Source: an uncultured Candidatus Saccharibacteria bacterium | GTDB lineage: Bacteria; Patescibacteriota; Minisyncoccia; UBA6257; GWB1-50-10 | Assembly (NCBI GenBank): GCA_964639325.1 | Contig: CAZXDO010000024.1 | Coordinates: 1 to 43,647, forward strand | Reading direction: 5' to 3' | DNA: 43,647 nt | Shown: in pieces, positions 32,613 to 42,470 of the stretch | How the letters are laid out: every line of letters begins with the position of its first letter | Position numbering within the stretch: the first letter of the stretch is position 1 | The notes under the pieces: generated by a model | The model's database searches: none | Told to the model about the DNA's origin: nothing | What the model saw: the letters and a program-made list of their open reading frames with translations, nothing else | Translations under genes and position numbers: made by a program

Positions 32613-35600
32613 TTATATATCCAAATTTTTAACTCCTTTAGCGTGAGCTTGAATAAATTTCTTTCTTGGAGCCACCTCTTCTCCCATTAATACATCAAAA
32701 AGGTTGTCTGCTTCAGCAGCGTCTTTAACTGTTACCCTTTTCAAAACTCTATTTTCCGGATTCATGGTAGTTGCCCAAAGACGATCAGGATTCATCTCTC
32801 CAAGACCTTTGTATCTTTGAACATTAACATTTTTTCCCATTTCTTTAACTAACTTATCGTACTCAGCATTATTATACGCATATTCCACCTTTTTACCCTT
32901 ATTTAATTGATAAAGTGGGGGTTGAGCAATGTAAAGATAACCTTGTTCAATGATTTCCCTGAAATAACGATAGAAAAGAGTTAAAAGAAGGGTTCTAATA
33001 TGAGCTCCATCTACATCGGCGTCAGTCATAATTATGACTTTATGGTACCTAAGCTTAGAAACATCAAATTCTTCTCCTATAGCCGTACCAAGGGCTATAA
33101 TCAAAGCTCTTATTTCTTTATTTTTTAACATTCTATCGATTCTCGCTTTTTCCACATTTAATATTTTACCCCGAAGAGGCAATATTGCCTGTGTTTTCTT
33201 ATCTCTCCCTCCCTTGGCACTATTATGAACAAATACTCCAGACGATAAGGCAAAGTTATGAGTTTTTTCTACCTCTAAATCGTAAACATCTATTTTCTCA
33301 TGTATTCTTTTGATTCCGACAACTCTATGGTTGTAATTTACAACAGCCTCTTTCATCTTTCTGTCATTGTTTCCAAAAAACCTATTTCTTATGGTTTCAT
33401 ACCTAATCAAACTCTTATCATTAGATTCTCTTCTTAATCTATTATATTCTCCTATATCAATCTTCTTTTTCTCAAGATAAATATCATGAAGAACTTTCAA
33501 AGCTTTATTCATATAGGTAAGGTTGTAAGCTTCTTTCCTTTTCTTTCTAAAGTCAGAAGTCCATTGATCTTTTGTTTTTTTTGATCGCCAGTTTCTAAGT
33601 TGCGAATCACCCCACTGTTTTTTTGCTATTTTAGATAACTCTTCTATTTTATCAGGATTATTTTTAAAATACTCCGAAACTCTTTTTGATTGCTTGTTTC
33701 TATTTTTTAAATCTGACCAATATCTTTTTTGTTCCTTGTATAATCTACTTTCAGATTCTTTTCTATATTTTTCGTTAGAATAATAAAATTCCAAAAACTT
33801 TTTCACCATATAATTCTTATACTCAACACTCTCCCACTGTTTTTTTGCCCTCTTACTTAATATCTTTTTCATTTCAGGGGTAGTCATCACTTTTCTAATT
33901 TTCTCTCTAAATTCCAATGTCTTCCTTATTTCCCTAAGCTTTTTCCTAACATCAGGCCTGTTCAAAGTCATCTTAGCCATCTCACGATGAAGGTTTATAT
34001 GCTCATCCTTATTCATTCTAACCAAATTATCAGGATTATTATTTAACTTATTAAAGTCCTTATGGTGTACATGAGAATTAACTATCTTTTTATAAACACC
34101 ATTATCTAAGTTACACTTATCACTCAAAAGGTGGGTAAATATCCATTTGTTTATCTTGGAATCAAAAACCATTTCATAACCTTCTATTGTTATTCCTCCT
34201 CCTTTTTCAGAAAGTTTTTTTCTAAAAGGCATAAGAGAATCATTTTTGGTTAGAGTTTCAGCTTTTTTATAACTACCATCTCTAAGCATAAATAAGTGGT
34301 CGGGAGTACATTTAATCTTCTTTCCGTTATCAAGCGTCACTTCCACCACTTCCACATTTTTCTTAGTTACTCTAGGGTTTTTTATAGGAGCTATTCCTAT
34401 ATTTCCGTTTTCTTTTATCGTATAACAATAATTTTTCTTATTATTCCTTGCTTCTTTAAATAAATCTTTAAAACTAACATTCCGGCCATCGACAAGGGCT
34501 ACTTCAGTATCACCAGAAAAACATCCACCGGCGCTGTCGCCCTCCACTATGAAAAGCTCTGATTCTTCTGGTTTTCTAGAAATACAATCAGCTAATTTTC
34601 CGGGAAGGGATAATCCCTCAAGAGCTCCTTTCCTTAAAACAGTATCTTTAGCTGCTTTAGCCGCCTTTCTAGCCTTAGCCGCCAAAAGATTTTTTTCCAA
34701 AATTCTCTTAGCATCATTTGAGTATCTCTCCAAAAATTCGCTTAAAGCTTCATTAACCACGGTTTCTACCGCACTTCTTGCTTCCGGGTTACCTAACCTA
34801 GCTTTGGTTTGCCCTTCAAACTGAGGTTCGTGGGGAGCACTTAACTTTACCGAAACAGCAGCTACTATTCCCTCCCTGACATCCTCTCCCGTCAAATTAC
34901 TATCAGAATCCTTCAAAAAACCTTCCTTTCTGGCATAATCGTTAAGGGTTCTAGTAAGGGCAGAACGAAAACCGGTAAGGTGCATACCTCCATCTGCGGT
35001 ATAAATATTATTAGCAAACGTGTGCTCTTCACTTTCAACATCATCGGTATAGGAAAAAGTCGCTTCAATATCAACACTATTTTCCTCTTTATGAATATAA
35101 AAGGGATGGTCATGAATAGGGTTGGAATTTCCAATTAAGTAAGTGAGATAAGATTTTAACCCTCCTTCAAAATAAAAAGCATAAGAATTATCCTTCTCGC
35201 CTCTCTTGTCTAAAATATCAATTCGTAAACCTTTAGTTAAATAAGCCTGCTGTCTCAAATGGTTTACGATAAGATTAAAATTAAAACTGCCGCCGCCTGT
35301 AAAAATTTCTGGATCCGGTTTAAAAGAAACAGTAGTACCATTTCTCTCACATTTCCCTTGTTTTTTAACGTTGCTTTTTGGCTTGCCTCTTTCATATTCT
35401 TGCACGTACCTATTTCCCTCTAAGCAAACCTCAGCTTTCAACCATAAAGAAAGAGCATTTACAACAGAAACACCCACTCCGTGTAATCCTCCGGATACTT
35501 TATAAGACTCACCGCCAAATTTACCTCCGGCGTGGAGGGTGGTCATTACTGTTTCTAAAGCAGATTTTCCGCTTTGTTTATGTTTTTCTACCGGAATCCC

Positions 35601-35855
35601 CCGACCATCATCAGTTACTCTCACTTCATTATCAGGCAAAAGCTCAACTAAAATATTTGTAGCATAGCCCGCCATTGCTTCGTCTATAGAGTTGTCAATA
35701 ACCTCCCAAATAAGATGATGAAGACCATCTGGGCCGGTCGATCCGATATACATTCCCGGCCTTTTTCTTACAGGATCAAGGCCCTCGAGTATGTAAATAT
35801 CTTCTGCTCCATAATCAGATTTTTTAACATTTTTCTTGTTTTTTTTATCTGCCAT
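32613..35855 (-). CDS. gyrB: DNA gyrase subunit B containing an intein
   Basis: GLHHLIWEVIDNSIDE, and the Toprim motif EGDSAGG / SAKGGRD split by 434 aa. PLRGKILNVE. The ATG at 35855 is preferred over the TTG at 35864. Confidence 0.92.
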   Translation of the reverse strand: MADKKNKKNVKKSDYGAEDIYILEGLDPVRKRPGMYIGSTGPDGLHHLIWEVIDNSIDEAMAGYATNILVELLPDNEVRVTDDGRGIPVEKHKQSGKSALETVMTTLHAGGKFGGESYKVSGGLHGVGVSVVNALSLWLKAEVCLEGNRYVQEYERGKPKSNVKKQGKCERNGTTVSFKPDPEIFTGGGSFNFNLIVNHLRQQAYLTKGLRIDILDKRGEKDNSYAFYFEGGLKSYLTYLIGNSNPIHDHPFYIHKEENSVDIEATFSYTDDVESEEHTFANNIYTADGGMHLTGFRSALTRTLNDYARKEGFLKDSDSNLTGEDVREGIVAAVSVKLSAPHEPQFEGQTKARLGNPEARSAVETVVNEALSEFLERYSNDAKRILEKNLLAAKARKAAKAAKDTVLRKGALEGLSLPGKLADCISRKPEESELFIVEGDSAGGCFSGDTEVALVDGRNVSFKDLFKEARNNKKNYCYTIKENGNIGIAPIKNPRVTKKNVEVVEVTLDNGKKIKCTPDHLFMLRDGSYKKAETLTKNDSLMPFRKKLSEKGGGITIEGYEMVFDSKINKWIFTHLLSDKCNLDNGVYKKIVNSHVHHKDFNKLNNNPDNLVRMNKDEHINLHREMAKMTLNRPDVRKKLREIRKTLEFREKIRKVMTTPEMKKILSKRAKKQWESVEYKNYMVKKFLEFYYSNEKYRKESESRLYKEQKRYWSDLKNRNKQSKRVSEYFKNNPDKIEELSKIAKKQWGDSQLRNWRSKKTKDQWTSDFRKKRKEAYNLTYMNKALKVLHDIYLEKKKIDIGEYNRLRRESNDKSLIRYETIRNRFFGNNDRKMKEAVVNYNHRVVGIKRIHEKIDVYDLEVEKTHNFALSSGVFVHNSAKGGRDKKTQAILPLRGKILNVEKARIDRMLKNKEIRALIIALGTAIGEEFDVSKLRYHKVIIMTDADVDGAHIRTLLLTLFYRYFREIIEQGYLYIAQPPLYQLNKGKKVEYAYNNAEYDKLVKEMGKNVNVQRYKGLGEMNPDRLWATTMNPENRVLKRVTVKDAAEADNLFDVLMGEEVAPRKKFIQAHAKGVKNLDI
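33222..34523 (-). mobile_element. GyrB intein (434 aa) with an HNH endonuclease domain and basic tandem repeats
   Basis: Starts CFSGDTEVALVDG. Block B is KCTPDHLFM. HNH motif HVHHKDFNKLNNNPDNLVRMNKDEHINLH. Ends THNFALSSGVFVHN, followed by +1 Ser. Confidence 0.9.
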
Positions 35856-36042
35856 ATTTATCAAAATTCTAATTTTGTTAGGAATTTAAGCCAATTATAA
35901 AACCCTTTTCAAGGGCTTTAGCATACTCTAATAATACCAAAAAATACTGCTAAAAACAACTTCCAAAAACACGTCTTTTTTAGGTAACTAGACATATTTA
36001 AATTATTAAGTTAATATGACAAAACTAACCTAAAACAAATCT

Positions 36043-36267
36043 ATGAAAAAAGATATACATCCAGAATATTATGAAAAAGCCACGGTAAAATGCGCTTGCG
36101 GTAATACTTTTACTATCGGTTCTACCAAAAAAAACATTGAAGTTGAAATATGCAACAAATGTCATCCTTTCTTTACCGGCAAGAAACAATTAGTGGATAC
36201 GGCCGGAAGAGCTGAAAAATTCAAAGCAAGACAAGAAAAAGCTAAAAAGGAAAAGAAAGGAAAATAA
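36043..36267 (+). CDS. rpmE: 50S ribosomal protein L31
   Basis: [10 protein letters not shown], CxC..CxxCHPFFTG. Confidence 0.9.
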   Translation: MKKDIHPEYYEKATVKCACGNTFTIGSTKKNIEVEICNKCHPFFTGKKQLVDTAGRAEKFKARQEKAKKEKKGK

Positions 36268-36280
36268 AAGTAATAAAAAT

Positions 36281-36961
36281 ATGACTATTAAACTTGAAGC
36301 TCAAAAAAGAGAAATTTTAGGAAGAAAAGTCAAAGCTCTTCGCAAAGAAGGTTTTGTTCCTGCTGAAATATTTGGACCTGAAATAGAAAATAAACATATT
36401 TTGATATCTCAAAAAGACTTCAATAAAGTTTATAAAGAAGCCGGAAAAAACACCATAATTGAGGTAAATATAGAAGACGAAAAAAAGGTTATCCCTACAA
36501 TGATAACCGATATTCAAATACATCCCCTAAACCGTAAACCTTTGTCCGTTGATTTCTATATGGTCAGCCGTGACACTAAGATAGAGGCAGAGGTGCCCCT
36601 TAAATTTGTAGGTGAAGCACCTGCCGAAAAAGACGACCTTATCGTCATTAAAGTACTAAACGAAATTGAAGTTGAGGCTCTTCCTCAAGATATTCCCCAT
36701 GAGATTGAAGTTAATATTACTAACCTTAAAACAACTAAAGATCATATCCTTGTAGAACATTTGAATATTCCTTCTAATGTAGAATTAGTCACTCCTCCTG
36801 AAACAACCGTAGTTACCGTTTCAGAAAAAGAAGAAGAAATTGTTGAGGAAGAAACAACTCCTTTGGCTGAAGAACTCGAAGAAGAAGTTAAAGATGAAAA
36901 AGAAAAGGAAGAAGATTCTTCTCCAAAAAACAAAGAACAGTCAGAAAAAGAAAACGGATAG
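36281..36961 (+). CDS. rplY: 50S ribosomal protein L25/Ctc with an acidic C-terminal tail
   Basis: LEAQKREILGRKVKALRKEGFVPAEIFG; two-domain Ctc length. Confidence 0.85.
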   Translation: MTIKLEAQKREILGRKVKALRKEGFVPAEIFGPEIENKHILISQKDFNKVYKEAGKNTIIEVNIEDEKKVIPTMITDIQIHPLNRKPLSVDFYMVSRDTKIEAEVPLKFVGEAPAEKDDLIVIKVLNEIEVEALPQDIPHEIEVNITNLKTTKDHILVEHLNIPSNVELVTPPETTVVTVSEKEEEIVEEETTPLAEELEEEVKDEKEKEEDSSPKNKEQSEKENG

Positions 36962-37016
36962 AGTAACCTTGACCTAATCTTGGTTTTAAAACACCTTCTT
37001 GTGGTATTATTTATGT

Positions 37017-38516
37017 ATGGCTGCTTCCGATAAATATAGAAATAATTTACACAAAAACAAGATTTTTATAATCGCCTTGTTTATTTTTTTTGTTTCTTTT
37101 GCCGCCTTCGCTTTCTCTACCAAAGCTCAAACAGCCACTTCAACAGATGAAGAAAATTCATCAATAGATATAGCTACCTCCACCGAGGATTTAGAAAAAC
37201 TCTCATCCAATGAAATTGGATCTCAAAGAGAGTATCTTGAAAACAAGCTGGAAGATTTGGAAATAGAAATGGCAGAACAGCAGGAAATAATCAACCAATA
37301 CAAAACCGAGGGACGAACCCTTCAAAACGAAATCTACAGTATTAATGCCCAAACAAATAAAATCAATTTGCAAATTGAAGCGGTTAATGTTTCTCTGCAA
37401 AAATTAAACAGTGAAATATATGAAACCCAAGGGCAAATAAATAGAACCCAAAATAATATTGAATCCCACAAAAAAGCCCTTGCTTCTGCTCTCCAAACGT
37501 TATATGAAACCGACAACCAAACTTTAATCGCAATTCTTCTTCAAAACAGCAAAATTTCCGATTTTTTCAATAACATAAATGAAATTCTTCTTGTTCAAGA
37601 TAATATTAACCACTCTTTAAGCAAAATTGTTAATCTTCGCCAGAAATTAATAGAAGAAAAGGAAAAATTAGGAATGGAAAAGTCAGATGAAGAGAACCTT
37701 AAAACTATCCGTGAATCAAGAAAACAAGAACTTCAATATACCAAAAGTTATAAAGCCAATCTTTTAGAACAAACCCAAAATGAAGAATCAAAGTATCAGG
37801 AAATTCTTGAAGAAACTCGCCAGACAGCAGCAGAAATAAGAAGCCGAATTTTCCAACTCATCGGCGGAGGAGAATTAACTTTTGAAAAGGCTTATGAATT
37901 AGCCAAACTCGCAGAAGGAGGAACCGGCGTTAAAGCCTCTCTTACTCTTGCTATTTTGAGCAGGGAATCTCTTCTCGGAAAAAATGTCGGGCAATGTTCA
38001 TACGAAACAGCTATGCACCCTGACCGCGATATCCCGGTTTTCAAAGCAATTATTAAAAAACTAGGACTTGAAGGAAATTCAATGATTACCAAAGTATCCT
38101 GTCCTAATGCCCACGGAGCCTATGGCGGCGCCATGGGACCGGCTCAATTTATTCCTTCAACCTGGGCTATTTACGGAGGGTATGAAAAAAATGGAGGTGT
38201 CTGGGAATACAATTCTAGCAAAGACCAAATAGGCTCAATTACAGGCAGCAAACCTTCCAATCCATGGAGCAATCAAGACGCCTTTGTAGCTACCGCTGTT
38301 TATATAAAAGAATTAATGGAAACTTCAAGTTGTGTAAATTATGCTGAAGAAAACAAACATATTCTCCCCTACGAAACTCTTTTAAACCGTTGTGCCGCTG
38401 CTAAATATTATGCCGGCAGCCGCTGGTGGACATACCGCTTCTGGTATGGAGATGCCGTAGTAGAAAAAGCTAAAGAACTAGAAAAGGATATTCAAATTCT
38501 TAAAGAAGGAAAATAA
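37017..38516 (+). CDS. Secreted coiled-coil protein with a C-terminal lytic-transglycosylase-like domain
   Basis: An N-terminal anchor, about 250 aa of heptad-like Q/E/K/N-rich sequence, then GAMGPAQFIPSTW, an SLT/MltB-type motif. The ATG at 37017 is preferred over the TTG at 36999. Confidence 0.6.
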   Translation: MAASDKYRNNLHKNKIFIIALFIFFVSFAAFAFSTKAQTATSTDEENSSIDIATSTEDLEKLSSNEIGSQREYLENKLEDLEIEMAEQQEIINQYKTEGRTLQNEIYSINAQTNKINLQIEAVNVSLQKLNSEIYETQGQINRTQNNIESHKKALASALQTLYETDNQTLIAILLQNSKISDFFNNINEILLVQDNINHSLSKIVNLRQKLIEEKEKLGMEKSDEENLKTIRESRKQELQYTKSYKANLLEQTQNEESKYQEILEETRQTAAEIRSRIFQLIGGGELTFEKAYELAKLAEGGTGVKASLTLAILSRESLLGKNVGQCSYETAMHPDRDIPVFKAIIKKLGLEGNSMITKVSCPNAHGAYGGAMGPAQFIPSTWAIYGGYEKNGGVWEYNSSKDQIGSITGSKPSNPWSNQDAFVATAVYIKELMETSSCVNYAEENKHILPYETLLNRCAAAKYYAGSRWWTYRFWYGDAVVEKAKELEKDIQILKEGK

Positions 38517-38518
38517 AA

Positions 38519-39256
38519 TTAGCTCAACTCTTTTTTTGTAGCTTTCACTATCATACCTAAATCCCCATTTATTATTTTATCCAACTGTTTCCATTTTTTA
38601 TTTATTCTGTGATCGGTGACTTGGTTTTGAGGATAGTTATATGTTCTAATTTTCTCCGCTCTCTCCGCCTCCCCGATTTGTTCTCTTCGGGTAAAACCTA
38701 CTTCCTGCTGTTTCTCTTTTTCTTGTCTCTCAAAAAGCTCGGCTCTTAATAACGTCATTGCTCTTTCTCTGTTTCTGGCTTGGGAACGTTCGTGTTGAGA
38801 AGAAACCGTAACTCCTGTCGGTTTATGAATAATTCTAACAGCCGTTTCTACTTTATTTACGTTCTGCCCTCCCGGACCGGAAGAACGGAAAAAAGAAACA
38901 TCAAGATCGTGGGGTTCAATTCTTACCTCTTCGGGCTTAACCACCGGTAATACTGCTACCGAAGCGGTTGAGGTGTGTATCCGCCCGGCTTTTTCGGTTG
39001 TAGGAACCCTTTGCACCCTATGAACTCCTGATTCATATTTCAAGGAATCGTACGCTCCGGAACCTTTTATTTGAATAATAAGAGTTTTAAACCCCCCTCC
39101 TTCATTCCTGGTATAATCAGTAACTTTAAAAGACCAATTTTGGTTTTCGCAATAAGTTTTATACATTTTCCCTAAATCCTCAGCAAAAAGAGCTGCCTCA
39201 TTTCCACCGGCTCCGGCTCTTATTTCCATTATTAAACTTTTTATTTTATCAGTCAT
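38519..39256 (-). CDS. prfA: Peptide chain release factor 1 lacking the N-terminal domain 1
   Basis: GGQ motif SGPGGQNVNKV. RF1-type recognition loop RVQRVPTTEKAGRIHTS. The ORF begins about 10 aa before EIRAGAGGNEAALFA. Confidence 0.8.
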   Translation of the reverse strand: MTDKIKSLIMEIRAGAGGNEAALFAEDLGKMYKTYCENQNWSFKVTDYTRNEGGGFKTLIIQIKGSGAYDSLKYESGVHRVQRVPTTEKAGRIHTSTASVAVLPVVKPEEVRIEPHDLDVSFFRSSGPGGQNVNKVETAVRIIHKPTGVTVSSQHERSQARNRERAMTLLRAELFERQEKEKQQEVGFTRREQIGEAERAEKIRTYNYPQNQVTDHRINKKWKQLDKIINGDLGMIVKATKKELS

Positions 39257-39327
39257 ATTCAATATATACTAAACAAGAAACCCAAAAAATCAAATAAATA
39301 TAAAATTTATAAGCTTCTTAGTTAACG

Positions 39328-40188
39328 TTAAAGATTATAAAAAAGTTTTATTTTCCCTTCTACAATTTCCTCCATTTTTTTAATAACAGGAGGAATTATT
39401 TTGTAAGGCGCCACTTCATCCGGATTATTTTTTAAAGCTTCCTCAAGGCTATTTCTCCAAGCCGATCTAATTTCTGTACTTACATGAATTAAAGATATCC
39501 CTGCTTTTATTGCTTCTTTAAAATTACCGTCTGTAAGGCCGGAACCTCCGTGCAAAACCAAAGGTACATTTACAGCTTCTTTAATCTCCTTAATTCTCTC
39601 AATATTCAAATCAGGATTTTTAGCATTTTTCATCATTCCATGAATATTCCCTACCGCCGGAGCTAACATATCCACTCCCGTCTCTTCAACAAATCTCTTT
39701 GCTTCCTCGGCAGTAGGAAGGTCTTCCGGATTGAGAGAAACATCTTCCGGAATAGTTTCTAAAACCTTAGAAGAAGCCCCTACATATCCCAACTCCCCTT
39801 CTATTAAAACTTCACCGTTTATCTCTTTCGCTGCTAAAACAGCTTCTTTCGTTTTCTTTATATTCTCTTCTAAATCAAGTTTAGAGGCGTCAAAAATAAC
39901 AGAATCATAACCGGCTTTTACCACTTCGGTAAGTTTTTCAATTGAATGAATATGGTCAGCGTTTAAAAATAAACGATACCCGAAATCGTTATAACTCTTT
40001 ATTATGCTCACTATATTATAAGCTCCCAAATAACCCTCTTCCCCTTCAGAAGTTCCAATAAAAAGAGGTACGTTATATTTTTCTGCTGCATTAGAAATAG
40101 CTTTTAACATATCAAAATTAGCAATATTAAAATGTCCCATTGCTCTACCCTCTCTCTCGTATGTTTTTAAGATTTCTAATAAATCCAT
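39328..40188 (-). CDS. fba: Class II fructose-bisphosphate aldolase
   Basis: NADHIHS, LVLHGGSG, GISLIHVSTE. Confidence 0.85.
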   Translation of the reverse strand: MDLLEILKTYEREGRAMGHFNIANFDMLKAISNAAEKYNVPLFIGTSEGEEGYLGAYNIVSIIKSYNDFGYRLFLNADHIHSIEKLTEVVKAGYDSVIFDASKLDLEENIKKTKEAVLAAKEINGEVLIEGELGYVGASSKVLETIPEDVSLNPEDLPTAEEAKRFVEETGVDMLAPAVGNIHGMMKNAKNPDLNIERIKEIKEAVNVPLVLHGGSGLTDGNFKEAIKAGISLIHVSTEIRSAWRNSLEEALKNNPDEVAPYKIIPPVIKKMEEIVEGKIKLFYNL

Positions 40189-40190
40189 AA

Positions 40191-41447
40191 TTAAATTTCA
40201 AAATATCCCTGAAGCAAATATCTTTTCATGAAATACTCTAACTTTTCTTCTCCAAAATATTCTATAAAAATCTTATTCCAAAGTGCCTCTTGGTGGTGAT
40301 AAAGGTATTTAATAAGCTCCTTTTCTTTTACCAAACTCATTACCGTATCCACTAAATCAAAACTCACCAGTGTCTCATGTCCCGAGTCATCTTTAAAGTA
40401 ATCACCTACCCAATCTAAGTCATTCCAAAACCTCAAACTCTCACCAAAATGGTTTAAACTATCCCCTATCTTTACCAAATCTCTTTCCGCTTTCATCCAA
40501 TGAAGAGCTTCCGGATTTAGGTGGGGCACAAAAAGACGCCAATCATTTTCATCTTCTTTGGCTAAATATCTTTGAATAACCAACCATAAAGATTTCTCTC
40601 CTTCAATCATTTTTCTGTCAATAGATTCACCTTTAAGAAGAGAAACTACTTTTTGAGCAAACATATCCGGAACCTCCGTGCTTTGTTTAAACATATCGGA
40701 GTAAAAAGGAATTTCGTTTAAATAATGAAGAACTAAACTAACCATTCTAAGAAGCCCTCCGGAAATGCCCAATATCCTGGGAATAACAAAAACTATCCCC
40801 ATTTCCTTCAAGTGAGAAATATTGTGCCATTTCTTTTCTATAAAACTATCTGCAGCCTTGTTCCACTTTTCTCCTAAGGCTTTAACTATTATGTCCCGTT
40901 CTTCAAAATCATCGGGTTTTAAGCTTTCGTATTGCTTAAAGAAGGTGTTGTTCAACCACTCTGAATCTTCCAAAAATCTTAGAGAACTAAAAACCTCATA
41001 CAAATCTTCTTCCTCAAGCATTTTTGTTGGAGAATCATAACCCAAATAACGCATAACATTCTCGGGCGGGATATTAACTAAAAACTCTTTTGCTTTATCT
41101 TCTTTTAAAAAGAAACCTCTTTGGGAACTTATCACTCCTTTAACTATAGCCAAAACTTTACTGCAATCAGATTTATCACCGCTTATCGGATTTCCCATAA
41201 TTTCAGACAGCCTTTTATCATCTGCTTCAATTTTTGACGTCAAAGCGTCATACACTTCTTTAGCTTTAGCGTCCCGAGCTACTCCCAATTTATCCAACTT
41301 TTCACTTATCTGTCTCTCATTTTCTTCCATCAATTTATCTAAAATATTTCTTTTTCCCGTAACCTCGGAAAGACGTTCTTGGACCTTCGCGATATTATCC
41401 TGATCCGTTCTTAAAATACTAGATATTTTTTTTATAGAATTGTTCAT
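40191..41447 (-). CDS. Hypothetical protein (418 aa), no recognisable domain
   Basis: Long uninterrupted ORF spaced 2-6 nt from its neighbours in the tkt-pfkB-?-fba operon. The N-terminal approximately 90 aa are coiled-coil-like. Confidence 0.6.
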   Translation of the reverse strand: MNNSIKKISSILRTDQDNIAKVQERLSEVTGKRNILDKLMEENERQISEKLDKLGVARDAKAKEVYDALTSKIEADDKRLSEIMGNPISGDKSDCSKVLAIVKGVISSQRGFFLKEDKAKEFLVNIPPENVMRYLGYDSPTKMLEEEDLYEVFSSLRFLEDSEWLNNTFFKQYESLKPDDFEERDIIVKALGEKWNKAADSFIEKKWHNISHLKEMGIVFVIPRILGISGGLLRMVSLVLHYLNEIPFYSDMFKQSTEVPDMFAQKVVSLLKGESIDRKMIEGEKSLWLVIQRYLAKEDENDWRLFVPHLNPEALHWMKAERDLVKIGDSLNHFGESLRFWNDLDWVGDYFKDDSGHETLVSFDLVDTVMSLVKEKELIKYLYHHQEALWNKIFIEYFGEEKLEYFMKRYLLQGYFEI

Positions 41448-41453
41448 TTTAAT

Positions 41454-42461
41454 TTATATTAATGGTTCAATATCAAGGTCTAAATACTTAAACCTTTCTT
41501 TCCTAAGAGCGTTCTTAGGCAAAATTCCGGTTTGAGCCCCCACGCTTTCAATCACCGAAGCAGCATTAGCAGAAGCAAGTTTAAGCCCCCAACTTATCTC
41601 GTTTTTCTGGATAAGACCGGCTACAAAACCGGCTCCAAAAGCATCCCCGGCCCCGGTTCTATCAATTACTTCTTTTTCCGGATAAACCCCGGCCCGGTAC
41701 ATATATCGGCCGTCAGAAACAACTGAACCCTTCTCTCCTTCGGTCATTACCGCAATCCCTCCAATTATTTTATCAAACTTTCTAAAAATAGCCCGTTCAT
41801 CGTTATAATCTAAATCTGTTAACTCTGCTGCCTCTTCTCGGTTAAGTATCACTACATCAATGTTTTTAAAAAGAGGTTTCATTTTCTTTAAACCCATTTC
41901 AATATAGTTTCCGGAAGGATTCATGGCTATCTTAACTCCGTTCTTTTTTAAAGTATCAACTATTTTTTCAATAACCAAAAAAGGAATATTGCTTGGGGAA
42001 ATATAAGCCCATTTTGCCTTAAGGCGGGAAAAAGGCACGTCTCTATTTGATATTTTCTCTCCGGCTCCACGATAATTAAAAATTGTCCGTCCTCCGGAGG
42101 GCGTAAGAAGAATTAAAGAATAAGCTGTCTTCTCTTTCTTATCCTTGGAAACAATTAATTCAATTCCAAGATTCTTCAAATTATCAACTACCTGATTACC
42201 GATATAATCATCGCCTACCTTTATAATTGCCCCCGTTTTAAAACCTTGCCGAGCAAAAGAAGCTGCTGTGTTAGCACCCCCGCCCCCAAACTCAACCATT
42301 AAATCATCAACCTCAACCTTGTCGCCAACAGCGAAGCACTTTACTTTTCTTCCAACAAAATCTAATTTTTTTAAACAATCTTCATTTTCAAGATTTTTAA
42401 GATTACCGGTCTTTAAAAAAATATCCTGTGTTACTGACCCAATTGTTATTACATCATACAT
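41454..42461 (-). CDS. PfkB-family carbohydrate kinase
   Basis: GGGGANTA and the C-terminal DRTGAGDAFGAGF signature. Confidence 0.8.
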   Translation of the reverse strand: MYDVITIGSVTQDIFLKTGNLKNLENEDCLKKLDFVGRKVKCFAVGDKVEVDDLMVEFGGGGANTAASFARQGFKTGAIIKVGDDYIGNQVVDNLKNLGIELIVSKDKKEKTAYSLILLTPSGGRTIFNYRGAGEKISNRDVPFSRLKAKWAYISPSNIPFLVIEKIVDTLKKNGVKIAMNPSGNYIEMGLKKMKPLFKNIDVVILNREEAAELTDLDYNDERAIFRKFDKIIGGIAVMTEGEKGSVVSDGRYMYRAGVYPEKEVIDRTGAGDAFGAGFVAGLIQKNEISWGLKLASANAASVIESVGAQTGILPKNALRKERFKYLDLDIEPLI

Positions 42462-42470
42462 AATTATATT

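Noticed and set aside
39257-39327. RF2-style programmed +1 frameshift or a missed upstream exon of the release factor.
   Set aside because: The recognition loop is RF1-type, not SPF. Only about 70 nt of AT-rich spacer precede the start, which is too short to encode domain 1 in any frame.
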